Below the pieces are notes generated by a model. That model was not told where the DNA came from, searched no databases, and saw only the letters and a program-made list of their open reading frames with translations. Source: Flavobacteriales bacterium (GTDB taxonomy: Bacteria; Bacteroidota; Bacteroidia; Flavobacteriales_E; Vicingaceae). From it: DNA of 64,000 bases. Each line of letters begins with the position of its first letter. Position 1 is the first letter of the stretch. This document shows, piece by piece, positions 1 to 10,900 of this stretch. The position numbers were made by a program, and so were the translations under genes. The stretch spans positions 7,616 through 71,615 of the forward strand of contig JAWUVT010000077.1 in NCBI GenBank assembly GCA_034112225.1. The letters run 5' to 3'.

Positions 1-19
1 AACGGTAATTCGAAAGTCG

Positions 20-2395
20 ATGAATTTAGCTGAAAGTTCACAAGCTTCTTGCATCAACTTCTTAAAGAATAACTCCAATAAAGTAAGAGCTTATCATTCA
101 CTTTGGATTATCAACATGATGACCATAGAGGCTACAAAGGAAATTATTGAACAATTAACCATGAATTCTGAAATTGATTATCTGGAAGAATACAATCACT
201 TTACGGTGAAACCTATCGAAATCATGTTGGGCGAATCCGTTAATTCCAAATCTGTAGGTGGAATTGAGCCTGGATTGGCAGCTATAAATGCTCCTGCTTT
301 ATGGGCTATGGGTTATACCGGAAAAGGAAGAAAATATCTAAATTATGATACTGGAATGTGGACTGAACATCCTGCTTTAACGGATGCTTGGCTAGGAAAT
401 TACCAACCATTAGATCAAGCTTGGTATGGAGTTGATTCTCCTATTCCTGCGGATAAAGATGGTGCTCATGGCACACATACTGCAGGTACGGTTTTAGGTT
501 TAGATCCTGCAACAAATGACACGATTGGAGTTGCCTTTAATGCTTACGTAATGGTTACTGATCCAATCGTTACAAGTGCAGCAGATATTAAGCCCTTAGT
601 GGAATATATTGCTGTTTTCGAATTTGCTCTTAATCCAGATGGAGATACAACAACAACTAATGATATTCCAGACGCCATCAATAATTCTTGGGGAATTGAC
701 ATCCATGATGACACTACTCTTTGTGCTGGATACATTACTCAAATGTTTGATGCGATTGAAGCTGCTGGAATTGCAAATGTTTTTTCTGCGGGAAATGAAG
801 GGCCTGGAAATACGACTATTGGACAACCACAATATGTAAGTACAGGCTTAGTGAACACATTTACTGTAGGAGCAGTTAATGGTGCTAACCCAACATTTCC
901 TATCACCAATTTTTCTAGTGAAGGTCCAACAATTTGCAATGTTCCTGCTGGACCATTAAAAATTAAACCTGAAGTTGTTGCCCCAGGGTTAAATGTAAGA
1001 TCTTCTGTAGCAGATAATAATTATGCTTCTTACAACGGAACATCGATGTCTGGTCCTCATGCCACGGGTGCAGTTCTTCTTCTTAAAGAAGCTTTCCCGA
1101 ATGTTAGTGGTGAAGAAATTTTATTGTCGCTTTACAATACAGCAACAGATTTAGGGGTAGCTGGAGAAGATAACATCTACGGTAAAGGAATGATTAATGT
1201 ACTCGCTGCTTTTAATGAGCTAGCTCTTACGCATACTCCGACTCTTCCAAATCAATATAAATACGATGCAACTGTTAGTGAAATTTTAAATACTGGATCA
1301 AATTTTATTTGTACCCCATCAATTAGTCCGACGGTACAAATTAAAAATCAAGGAGATAGCTCAATCGTAAATGCAGAAATTATTTACCAATTAAATGAAG
1401 AGCCTCAAGTTGTTTACAATTGGGTTGGAACTTTGTTAGCAGGAGGTACTGCTTTAATTAATTTACCGACTATAACGGCTTTAGGATTTGGAGAATATGA
1501 ATTAAAAATTAAAGTGATTATTGATTCCAATAACGTTGAAAGTGATTACATCAATAATCAACGGGTTCAACGTTTTGATATTAGAGAAACTATTTCTACA
1601 CTTCCTTATGTTGAAGATTTTGAAAACATGAGTATCGGTAATTCTGAATGGAAAACCTCTTATACTGATGGATCTACAACTTGGGACACTATACCTACTT
1701 CAGGGCTAAGTGGAAGCCTGGTTTCAGCATCAATGCAACTTTATAATTACAACAACCTCAACGAAAAAGATGCTTTAATCTCCACCAATATTTCTTTACC
1801 CAATCAAGATTCAATCTTTTTACGGTTTGATTTAGCTTATCAATATTTTTTGCCAATTGCGAGTTTAGCAGATTCAATGGAAATATTTATTTCAACAGAT
1901 TGTGGTCTTACTTATTCTTCTATTTATAAAAAAGGCGGAAACGATTTGCAAACCTATTCTACATCTACGGCAAACTTTGTTCCTCAAGCGTCCAACCAAT
2001 GGAGAACCGAGTATGTTGACATTACCTCTTTTGCAAATAACGATGTCATTGTAAAATTTGTCTCTCACAACAAAAGTGGCAACAACTTATATCTCGATAA
2101 TATATGGGTTTATGAAGGTAGTGAACCTATAATTTCAAGCATTACTGCTGTTCATTTAGCTCAACTTTCAATCTATCCTAACCCTACTAAAAATACTTTT
2201 CAAATAGATTTAGGAGAAAATGAACTTGAAAATGCTAAAATAGAAGTGTTCGATATCTTAGGAAAAAGCCTTTACCTAAAGGAAGTCTCCTCAAAAATAA
2301 TTCAAATTAATTTAGCAGGTTTTACCAACGGAGTTTATCTTTTAAAATTTTCGAATAACAAAGGGGTTCGTACCAGCAAAATTATTAAGGAGTAA
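20..2395 (+). CDS. Subtilisin-like serine peptidase (S8 family) with type-A T9SS C-terminal sorting domain; probably 5'-truncated by the window edge
   Basis: Catalytic motifs occur in D-H-S order: YDTGMW (Asp), HGTHTAGT (His), NNSWG (oxyanion Asn), GTSMSGPHATG (Ser). The C-terminus LSIYPNPTKNTFQIDL...GVYLLKF...KIIKE fits the Por/T9SS CTD pattern (TIGR04183-like). The frame is open from nt 2 and the residues around the first Met look like an I9-type propeptide, so the true start is probably upstream of the window. Confidence 0.9.
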   Translation: MNLAESSQASCINFLKNNSNKVRAYHSLWIINMMTIEATKEIIEQLTMNSEIDYLEEYNHFTVKPIEIMLGESVNSKSVGGIEPGLAAINAPALWAMGYTGKGRKYLNYDTGMWTEHPALTDAWLGNYQPLDQAWYGVDSPIPADKDGAHGTHTAGTVLGLDPATNDTIGVAFNAYVMVTDPIVTSAADIKPLVEYIAVFEFALNPDGDTTTTNDIPDAINNSWGIDIHDDTTLCAGYITQMFDAIEAAGIANVFSAGNEGPGNTTIGQPQYVSTGLVNTFTVGAVNGANPTFPITNFSSEGPTICNVPAGPLKIKPEVVAPGLNVRSSVADNNYASYNGTSMSGPHATGAVLLLKEAFPNVSGEEILLSLYNTATDLGVAGEDNIYGKGMINVLAAFNELALTHTPTLPNQYKYDATVSEILNTGSNFICTPSISPTVQIKNQGDSSIVNAEIIYQLNEEPQVVYNWVGTLLAGGTALINLPTITALGFGEYELKIKVIIDSNNVESDYINNQRVQRFDIRETISTLPYVEDFENMSIGNSEWKTSYTDGSTTWDTIPTSGLSGSLVSASMQLYNYNNLNEKDALISTNISLPNQDSIFLRFDLAYQYFLPIASLADSMEIFISTDCGLTYSSIYKKGGNDLQTYSTSTANFVPQASNQWRTEYVDITSFANNDVIVKFVSHNKSGNNLYLDNIWVYEGSEPIISSITAVHLAQLSIYPNPTKNTFQIDLGENELENAKIEVFDILGKSLYLKEVSSKIIQINLAGFTNGVYLLKFSNNKGVRTSKIIKE

Positions 2396-3034
2396 CTAAG
2401 AAAACTTACCAAAGCTTTTACAAAAGTGAGTGATTTTACATGCTTCACATTTTGGCTTTCTGGCCTGACAAACATATCTTCCATGCAAGATTAGCCAATG
2501 ATGAGAGAGATGCATTACCTCATCAGGAATGTATTTTACCAATTGTTTTTCAGCAGCTAAAGGCGTTTTAGCATTCGTGGTTAAACCTAACCTCTCAGAA
2601 ACTCTAAAAACATGAGTATCTACCGCCATTACAGGTATATTGTAAATTACACTTGCAATAACATTTGCTGTTTTTCTTCCAACACCTGGCATCTTTTGTA
2701 ACTCATTTACATCAGAAGGTACAACATTTTTAAAATCATTGACTAATATTTTAGCCATACCCACTAAATGTTTTGCTTTGTTGTTGGGATAACTTATACT
2801 TCTGATATATTCAAATACCTCTGCAGAATCAGCTTCAGCTAAAGAATCTGCCTCAGGAAACCGTTGAAATAAATCAACGGTTACAATATTTACTCTTTTA
2901 TCTGTGCATTGTGCAGATAGTATTACGGCCACTAAAAGCTCATAAGGATTTGAGTAGTTCAATTCAGTTTCTGCAATGGGTTGATGCTCTCTAAAATAAT
3001 CGACAAACAACTGGTAACGTTCTTTCTTATTCAT
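2396..3034 (-). CDS. nth: Endonuclease III (DNA glycosylase/AP lyase)
   Basis: Helix-hairpin-helix motif MPGVGRKTANVI and the AVDTHVFRV region are present. The C-terminal 4Fe-4S loop is CQARKPKCEACKITHFC (C-x6-C-x2-C-x5-C). The ORF-track start at 3052 is a TTG; the first ATG (MNKKERY) at 3034 is the likelier start. Confidence 0.93.
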   Translation of the reverse strand: MNKKERYQLFVDYFREHQPIAETELNYSNPYELLVAVILSAQCTDKRVNIVTVDLFQRFPEADSLAEADSAEVFEYIRSISYPNNKAKHLVGMAKILVNDFKNVVPSDVNELQKMPGVGRKTANVIASVIYNIPVMAVDTHVFRVSERLGLTTNAKTPLAAEKQLVKYIPDEVMHLSHHWLILHGRYVCQARKPKCEACKITHFCKSFGKFS

Positions 3035-3083
3035 ACTACAAAAGTACACCAATTTTAACTACTTTTATTCTCCTCAAACTGTT

Positions 3084-4394
3084 ATGATAGAATTTTTACT
3101 CAGCGCTTTTTACTTTCTTATTTTTTGTTTGATTATTATCAAAACATCTTTTTTTAAGGACGAAAATATTTCTAAACCCTGGTTTATTGGACTTTTTGGG
3201 CTTAAAGTAATGGTTGGGGTTGTACTGACCTTAATCTATTCAAAATATTACACCGATAGAAGTACCGCTGATATTTTTAAATATTTTGATGATGGTAAGA
3301 TTCTCTTTAAGGCATTTGAGTCCAACCCAAAAGATTATCTGAAAATGATCGTTGGAATAAATTCAGATACTGAATATTTTAACACAACATATTATCAAAA
3401 AATGAAATTTTGGACAAGAGCTTATAAAAATGGTTTGGTCAGTGATACACACATTATTATTCGTTTTAATGCACTGCTTCAATTCTTGTCATTTGGTTAT
3501 TTTAGTGTGCACAATGTATTTATGAATTTTATTTCTTTCATCGGTTTAATCGCTTTATTTAAAACCTTTCAACATTTTTTAAAAGGTAAAGAAAGAATGT
3601 TGTTTATCATTATCAGTTTAATCCCCTCAGTTCTATTTTGGGGTTCTGGATTACTCAAAGAAGGCATTATTTTTTTAGGTGTTGGATTACTTGTTTATTC
3701 TATCTTTAAACTTAATTCAAAATTTAAACTAATCTATATCCTACTTGGCAGTCTTGGTTTTCTTTTAATCATTTATACCAAGCTATATTTAATGGTTGTA
3801 TTAAGTATTCCGTCATTCGGATACTTCATCAATAGCGTATTTAAATTTAAAAAAAAACTATACGGCTATGGGTTGTCAATCCTTACTTTCTTAGTTTCAA
3901 TAAATCTACTCCCTTTAATTCATCCACCACTTAATTTTGTTCAACAAATTGTTAATAAACAACTTGCTTTTTCTAGATTTATAACTTCTGTAGAAACTAA
4001 TAGTGGTTTTCAAATACCTGAATTATCTGATGGAATGTCTCTTCTAAAAAACATACCCAATGCTCTAATAAACACTACTTTAAGACCCTATTTATGGGAG
4101 TGTAACTCTGCTTTTATTTTAATGAGTTTTACAGAAAACATACTGCTTTTAGCTTTTATTTCCTTGTGCATTCTTTTCCGTAAAAAGATGGCTTCCACTC
4201 AACAGAATGCATTCTATTTCTGTCTTATTTTTACGATTACATTGTATGCACTAATTGGACTAACAACCCCAGTGTTTGGAGCGATAGTAAGGTATAAAAT
4301 ACCGGGACTATTACTGATTTCTATCTCTATGTTATTCATTCTAGATTTAGAAAAATTAAAAACAAAATTTCCTTTTCTTTCAAAAATATTCTAA
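3084..4394 (+). CDS. Polytopic integral membrane protein, function unknown
   Basis: Long ORF made almost entirely of hydrophobic segments (roughly ten by eye). Its stop overlaps the next start by 1 nt (TAATG), suggesting an operon with the amidohydrolase and the following membrane protein. No family motif recognised. Confidence 0.6.
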   Translation: MIEFLLSAFYFLIFCLIIIKTSFFKDENISKPWFIGLFGLKVMVGVVLTLIYSKYYTDRSTADIFKYFDDGKILFKAFESNPKDYLKMIVGINSDTEYFNTTYYQKMKFWTRAYKNGLVSDTHIIIRFNALLQFLSFGYFSVHNVFMNFISFIGLIALFKTFQHFLKGKERMLFIIISLIPSVLFWGSGLLKEGIIFLGVGLLVYSIFKLNSKFKLIYILLGSLGFLLIIYTKLYLMVVLSIPSFGYFINSVFKFKKKLYGYGLSILTFLVSINLLPLIHPPLNFVQQIVNKQLAFSRFITSVETNSGFQIPELSDGMSLLKNIPNALINTTLRPYLWECNSAFILMSFTENILLLAFISLCILFRKKMASTQQNAFYFCLIFTITLYALIGLTTPVFGAIVRYKIPGLLLISISMLFILDLEKLKTKFPFLSKIF

Positions 4395-6115
4395 TGAAAT
4401 ATTTAAAATTTATATTCCTAATTTACACTTGGAGTTTAGTCAGTTGTACTCGTACTGAAGAAGCTGATTTAATTGTTCACAATGCCAAAATTTACACCCT
4501 AAATAATGCTTTTGATATCGCATCAGCAATGGTGATTAATGATGGGAAAATTCTAGCAATTGGACCAGAACATGAAATCAGGAATAAATACAATGCAAAG
4601 AAAATAATAGATGCAAAAAAACGGCCAATTTATCCAGGTTTTATAGATAGTCATTGTCATTTTATAAATTACGCTTTAAGTAAAAATAGGGTCAATTTAA
4701 CCGGAACAAGATCTTTTGAAGAGGTTCTTGATCAGCTTGAATCTTTTTCTAGTGAAACTTCAAATGAATGGATCTATGGTTATGGATGGGATCAAAACGA
4801 TTGGTCATTAAAAGAATTTCCAACACGAGAAAAGTTAGACAGTTTATTCCCTAATCAACCAGTTGTATTATCTAGAATTGATGGTCATGCACTCTTGGTT
4901 AATGGCGAAGTGCTTCGAAGATCGGCTATTAATTCTAAAACTAAAATTGAAGGTGGAGCCATTTTACAATTCAATATTGAGGGCTTAAAGAGGAAAAGCT
5001 TCAAGAGCATTCAACCAAAAGAAGGACAACAGCTTAACTCCGAAAATATATTTCCATTAACAGGGATATTAATTGATAAGGCCATGGATTTAGTATCTTA
5101 TGAAACCGCTCCTGAAATAACCAATCTCAACCTTTCAGAATTACTACTTAAAACACAACATGAGTTGTTTAGTGTTGGATTGACAACAATTGATGAAGCT
5201 GGTTTAGATAAGGAAACAATAAGTCTTATTGACAGTCTTCATCAAAAAAAGTTGCTTAAAATAAAAATGTACATTATGGCTTCCTCAGAAGAGTCAACCA
5301 TTGAATACTATCTTAATAATGGTCCCTATAAAACTGATTTTCTTAATGTCTGTTCATTTAAGTTTATTGCCGATGGGTCTTTAGGTTCTCGTGGAGCTTG
5401 CTTAATAGAACCCTATTCAGATGTTGCTAACGACCATCATGGGCTAATGCTTCATGATAAAGAATATTTTGAAAAATATGCGCCACTACTTTTTGCCAAT
5501 GGTTTTCAAATGAATACCCATTGTATTGGTGATGCTGCAAACCGGTTAATTTTAGAAGTATATTCTAAAACACTAAAAGGAGTAAACGACAAACGTTGGA
5601 GAATTGAACATGCTCAAATTATCCATTCAGAAGATCTTCATTATTTTAAAGATTTTACAATTATTCCCTCCATACAGTCAACACATGCAACTTCAGATAT
5701 GTATTGGGCAGAAAATAGATTAGGTGCTGAGCGAATTAAAGGCGCTTACGCATTTAAAGAGTTGTTGAACCAAAATGGAATTGTAGCCTTAGGTACAGAT
5801 TTTCCAGTTGAGGGTATTAACCCTATCAATACTTTTTATGCTGCTGTTGTAAGAAAGGATAACAAAGGGTTTCCCGAAAAAGGTTTTCAAATGGAAAATG
5901 CGCTAACCAGAAAAGAAGCGTTAAAAGGGATGACCATTTGGGCTGCAATAGCCAATTTTGAAGAGCATGAAAAAGGAAGTTTAGAGCTTGGAAAATCAGC
6001 TGATTTTGTAATACTTAATGATGATCTTATCACTACCAAAGAAGAAAATTTATTAAAAGTAAAAGTTTTACAAACTTTTATTAATGGAGAAAATGTATTT
6101 TCGCTTAAAAAATAA
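4394..6115 (+). CDS. Amidohydrolase-family metallo-hydrolase (Amidohydro_3/YtcJ-like), predicted lipoprotein
   Basis: Lipoprotein-type signal peptide (IYTWSLVSC). N-terminal metal-binding motif YPGFIDSHCHF, with downstream HCIGD and IEHAQ histidine motifs typical of the amidohydrolase superfamily. Confidence 0.85.
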   Translation: MKYLKFIFLIYTWSLVSCTRTEEADLIVHNAKIYTLNNAFDIASAMVINDGKILAIGPEHEIRNKYNAKKIIDAKKRPIYPGFIDSHCHFINYALSKNRVNLTGTRSFEEVLDQLESFSSETSNEWIYGYGWDQNDWSLKEFPTREKLDSLFPNQPVVLSRIDGHALLVNGEVLRRSAINSKTKIEGGAILQFNIEGLKRKSFKSIQPKEGQQLNSENIFPLTGILIDKAMDLVSYETAPEITNLNLSELLLKTQHELFSVGLTTIDEAGLDKETISLIDSLHQKKLLKIKMYIMASSEESTIEYYLNNGPYKTDFLNVCSFKFIADGSLGSRGACLIEPYSDVANDHHGLMLHDKEYFEKYAPLLFANGFQMNTHCIGDAANRLILEVYSKTLKGVNDKRWRIEHAQIIHSEDLHYFKDFTIIPSIQSTHATSDMYWAENRLGAERIKGAYAFKELLNQNGIVALGTDFPVEGINPINTFYAAVVRKDNKGFPEKGFQMENALTRKEALKGMTIWAAIANFEEHEKGSLELGKSADFVILNDDLITTKEENLLKVKVLQTFINGENVFSLKK

Positions 6116-6118
6116 CCT

Positions 6119-7387
6119 ATGCCAACAGCTACAGAAACTATATCAGAAATATTAAACAAACCATTTATAACAGATGATGCTGTTGTTTTTGGTCTTCTAA
6201 TGTGTTGTTTAGGAATCGTTTTTTATACTTCGCAGCTAAAGAACTTAAAGTGGTTTTATAAAATAGTTCCTGCTTTATTAATGTGTTATTTATTACCTGC
6301 TTTACTGAGTACTTTTAATATTATCTCTCCAAAATTCTCGGGATTATGGCCTATAGCAAAAAACTATTTTTTACCTGGCTCATTAATTCTAATGACTTTA
6401 AGTACTGATTTAAAAGGGATACTTAAACTAGGACCTAAAGCATTAATCATGTTTTTTACCGCTACAGTCGGTATTATTTTAGGAGGTACTATAGCCATTT
6501 TAATCACCTCTATTATCTCTCCTGACACTTTAAACGGAGCAGATTTTGATGCTGTTTGGCGAGGGTTAGCGACACTTGCAGGAAGTTGGATTGGAGGCGG
6601 AGCTAACCAGACAGCAATGTTAGAGCTCTATGAATTTAATGTAGATAAATACGGAGCTATGCTTGCGGTAGATGTTGTGGTGGCCAATATTTGGATGGCG
6701 TTTATTTTATTCGGAGCAGGGAAATCCGATAAGATTGATAAATGGTTAAAGGCAGATTCTTCCTCTATAGAGAATTTAAAAATACAAATGGAAACTTACA
6801 CCTCAAGTGTAGAGCGTCAAGCAACTTTAACTGATTTAATAAAAATATTTGCAATTGCTTTTGGGGGTGTAGGTTTATCTCATTTTTTAGCGACAACTTT
6901 TAGTGATTTAGCACTCGCCTCAAACTTCTCTAAAACCGTTTTATCAAGTCAATTTTTCTGGGTGGTTGTTGTTGCAACTACTTTTGGTTTAACGCTATCC
7001 TTTACTAAACTTAGAAGTCTTGAAGGTGCAGGAGCATCGAAAATGGGAAGTGTTTTCATCTACATACTCGTCGCTATTATTGGTATGAAAATAGACCTAT
7101 CTCAACTCGTACAATATTGGGATTTCATTATTATCGGATTAATATGGATGGCTTTTCACGTTGGATTATTATTCTTAGTCGCCAAAATAATAAAAGCTCC
7201 ATTTTTCTTTTTGGCAGTAGGTAGTAAGGCTAATGTTGGAGGCGCTGCCTCTGCCCCCGTTGTTGCATCTGCATTTCATCCAAGCTTAGCTCCTGTTGGT
7301 GTTCTATTAGCTGTTTTAGGTTATGCTTTAGGGACATATGGAGCAATCATTTGCGCCACCTTAATGGAGATGGTAAGTCCTGTTTAA
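6119..7387 (+). CDS. Integral membrane protein, DUF819-like
   Basis: About ten hydrophobic helices. Conserved-looking stretches GSWIGGGANQTAM and GSKANVGGAASAPVVA recall the DUF819 family. The assignment is from memory and has not been checked with an HMM. Confidence 0.55.
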   Translation: MPTATETISEILNKPFITDDAVVFGLLMCCLGIVFYTSQLKNLKWFYKIVPALLMCYLLPALLSTFNIISPKFSGLWPIAKNYFLPGSLILMTLSTDLKGILKLGPKALIMFFTATVGIILGGTIAILITSIISPDTLNGADFDAVWRGLATLAGSWIGGGANQTAMLELYEFNVDKYGAMLAVDVVVANIWMAFILFGAGKSDKIDKWLKADSSSIENLKIQMETYTSSVERQATLTDLIKIFAIAFGGVGLSHFLATTFSDLALASNFSKTVLSSQFFWVVVVATTFGLTLSFTKLRSLEGAGASKMGSVFIYILVAIIGMKIDLSQLVQYWDFIIIGLIWMAFHVGLLFLVAKIIKAPFFFLAVGSKANVGGAASAPVVASAFHPSLAPVGVLLAVLGYALGTYGAIICATLMEMVSPV

Positions 7388-7891
7388 ATACAATAAACAA
7401 AAGATTCAATTGCTTTTGACTGTGATTTAAATATAAAATATTGTAAAACAAACCCAATTTAACTAAGATTAATCTCGATCAGGATTCCAATTTTAATGAT
7501 TTAATTATTTGATCAAAAACTGGTTAAAGTCCCTAAAGTAAGATACTATTTTAACAGATAAGCTTTTTTTTTGCAGTCAATAATTAACATTAAGACTCCA
7601 ACATTCCGTACTTAATTAGCTAAAAAACAAGACCATATCCTTCTCTTGTTTAAACAACTATCACTAGTTTTAGTTGTCTTAGATAATGTTAAACACTAAA
7701 ATAATTTCTTAAAATGACATGTTCTTGAAATAAAGCTTTCGAGTTTAAAAATAGCTTCGTTTTCTACACAATCAAGTTGAGTAAAAGCTTTGACCTAAAA
7801 GTCAAAAAAGGTAAACATCATAATTACACCTCAACATCAATTGTTACTAAAACAGATGGCTAACTTTTAAGAAAATTAAGAAGCCCGAACA

Positions 7892-7899
7892 TAGATTTG
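7892..7899 (+). promoter_or_regulatory. Candidate Bacteroidota -7 promoter box (TAGATTTG)
   Basis: Matches the TAnnTTTG consensus 53 nt upstream of the 7952 ATG. No clear -33 TTG partner was seen. Confidence 0.25.
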
Positions 7900-7951
7900 A
7901 TGAGATTTAAATAATTGAAAAGACGGCAGTAATAATCTGAAAATTACAGGA

Positions 7952-10900
7952 ATGAGAAGACATTATATTTTACTCTTATGCACTTTAAGCTTCGCAACAT
8001 TCTTTTCCTATAGCCAAGAGGTCGTTCTTATGTCAAACGGAACAGCCAACATCTGTAATGGCATCTTATATGATACTGGAAACCAAGGTGGTTCCGGATA
8101 TTCTAATGAAGAAAATTTCACATTAACGCTCTGCGCAGACGAGCCGGGGGATGTACTGACTGTTATTTTCAACAACTTCCACTTAGACACTACCTCGACT
8201 GCTTTAGGCAACAATAAAGATAATTTAACCATTTACGATGGAGGTTCAACAAGTGAACCAACCCTAGGAACTTATACTGGAAATGAATTACAAGGCGTAA
8301 TTGTTTCTGCAACTTCTGCTAATACCTCAGGGTGTTTAACCTTTGTTTTTAATTCAAACAGTGAGGGTACAGGCGTTTTTTCGGCAACGATCACTTGCTC
8401 AATTCCTTGTCAACCACCAACGGCTTTATACACAAATGCTACTATAGCTGAAAACCCACTGTTAATTTGTCAAGGAGAAACGGTTACTTTTGATGCTTCA
8501 GGATCTACAGCTCAATCAGATTTTACATTAGTTGCTTATATTTTTGAGTATGGAGATGGCGCAACAGACACGCTAGATAATCCTAATACAACACATGCAT
8601 TTATAAATCCTGGCGAATACCTTGTAAAGCTAACCGTAATTGATGATAACGGTTGCACTAACATTAATTCAGCAATTATTAAAATATGGGTAAGTACTAC
8701 TCCCTATTTTAATACTATTGTTTCAGATTCTATAATATGTTTAGGTGAATCCTCTTGTTTAGATGGAGAGACTCGCTTCAATCCTGTAACTTATAGGCCT
8801 TCACCCACAACATCTCTTACTGGAGCAACCTATTTACCAGATGATGTTGGTCAGTGCTTTTCTGCAACTTTAGATTATGAATTCTTTACGCCTGGCCAAA
8901 CACTAAATAATATTTCAGATCTTTTGGGAATATGTGTTAACATGGAGCATTCTTATATGGGAGATTTAGTAGCAACCATTGTCTGTCCAAATGGAACAAG
9001 TGTAGTTCTTCACCAACAAAATGGTGGAGGTACAAATTTAGGAAATCCAAATCAAATTGATGATTCTCTATTAATAGGTACAGGTTGGAATTATTGTTGG
9101 AGTCCAGCTGCAACAAATGGCACTTGGGCAGACAACTCTTTATTTGGCAGTGATCCAAATACCATGATGAATAGCTCAGGTAATCAATCTCTAGTTCCTA
9201 GAAGCTACGAAAGTTCTAACTCAATGATACCCTTAGAAGGCTGTCCTCTTAATGGTATTTGGGAAATTAAGTTTTGTGATTTATGGGGTTCTGACGATGG
9301 ATTTGTTTTTGATTTTTCGATAGATTTAGAGCCATCCCTGTACCCCTCTTTAAGTACTTTTACTCCAAGTTTAGGACCATTACGAGATTCAACTTATTGG
9401 AGTTCAAACACTCCAGACAACATGGGATATGTAACTTCTGGGACCGCTGATAGTAACGAAATTTGCATCACACCAACTGTTAGCGGAATTATGGATTACA
9501 CCTTTGTAGCTAATGATAATTTTGGATGTTCCTATGATACAACTGTCTCTGTATTAATTGTTCCCAATTTTACCTACACTAAAAATCAAACAGACTCTTT
9601 AGTATGCTTAGGTGAAGAGGCTATTTTTACAATCACAGCGACTTCTATTCTACCCATTACTTATTCTTGGGAACCTGCTTCAATTTTTAATGATGCAACT
9701 CTTGCTTCACCCACCGCAACAATTCATACTCCTGGATTAACAACCGTTACCGTTAGCATGAATAATGGCTCTCAATGTATTAAAACGGAAACTTTTAACA
9801 TCTACGGAACAAACGTATCTAGACCCACTATTAATATCGTTACTCATGATACGACACTAAATTGTAGAGAACTATTGAACTTAGAAGTTGATTTAGGAGC
9901 AGAAATCCCTACCTTTTGTGGCTTAAACCCTACAAATAATTGTTCTCAAGCAATTACACAAACAATAATTGGTACAGGAACTACAACTATTTCTAGCATA
10001 CCCTCACCTTACCAAGGCTATTACGATGACAGTAGAATTCAAATGATATATACAGCTGCAGAATTAAATGCGATGGGTTTTATCGGAGGAAAAATAACCG
10101 AAATTGGATTTTACATTACTAACAAAGCAAGTACAGCTTCTTATAACAGATTTACCCTAAAAATGGGATGTACCACTACGAATAGTTTTAATGGCGCAAC
10201 TCAATTTGAAACTGGCCTCTCTCAAGTACATAACTCTGGCAGTTACACCTCAACTTCAGGTTGGAATACTCATATTTTAGAGCATGCATATGAATGGAAT
10301 GGGGTTTCAAATTTAATTGTTGAAGTGTGTTATGACAATCATGCCTTTACCAATACTGATCAGGTTGCACAAACCTCCACAATACAACCTCTTACTCTTA
10401 TAGAATTTAAAAATGAATCTCCTAATGGTGGCTGTAATTTAAATGGTGGTTCTAATTTCTCAACAGAACTTAATCGGCCTATCATTAGATTAACTCATTG
10501 TTCTTTAACACCCAACCCTACAGATTACATGATCCTCTGGACTCCGGCAGTAAGTCTAAGTGATGCAACCATTCAAAATCCAGTTGCGACACCAATTATC
10601 TCTACGAACTACATTGTTATGGCATCTGATTTGTCAGGTTTATGTTCGAGTTATGATACAATTTCAGTAACAGTAAACAGTATTTATACCGTTATTTTTG
10701 ACTCTATTGCTGTTTCTTGCCCTGGAAGTAATGATGGAAAAATTAGAGTCCAAATTACAGGAGGCGAAACACCATATACAGTTGAATATTATGATAGTTT
10801 GGGCACCACACTTATTCAAACAAACAATACCAATGCAGCTGATTCAAGCTCCGCATTATTTTCAGGAACTTATAGTGTAAAAATTACCGACAATACCGGT

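Noticed and set aside
7829-7840. A 12-mer, CCTCAACATCAA (followed nearby by CAGATG), is shared between the two long adhesin upstream regions (7829-7840 and 19329-19340).
   Set aside because: The orientation relative to the downstream genes differs. The match is short, and the CCTCAACAT core also occurs in the unrelated terminator at 22736-22744. Chance cannot be excluded without a genome-wide count.
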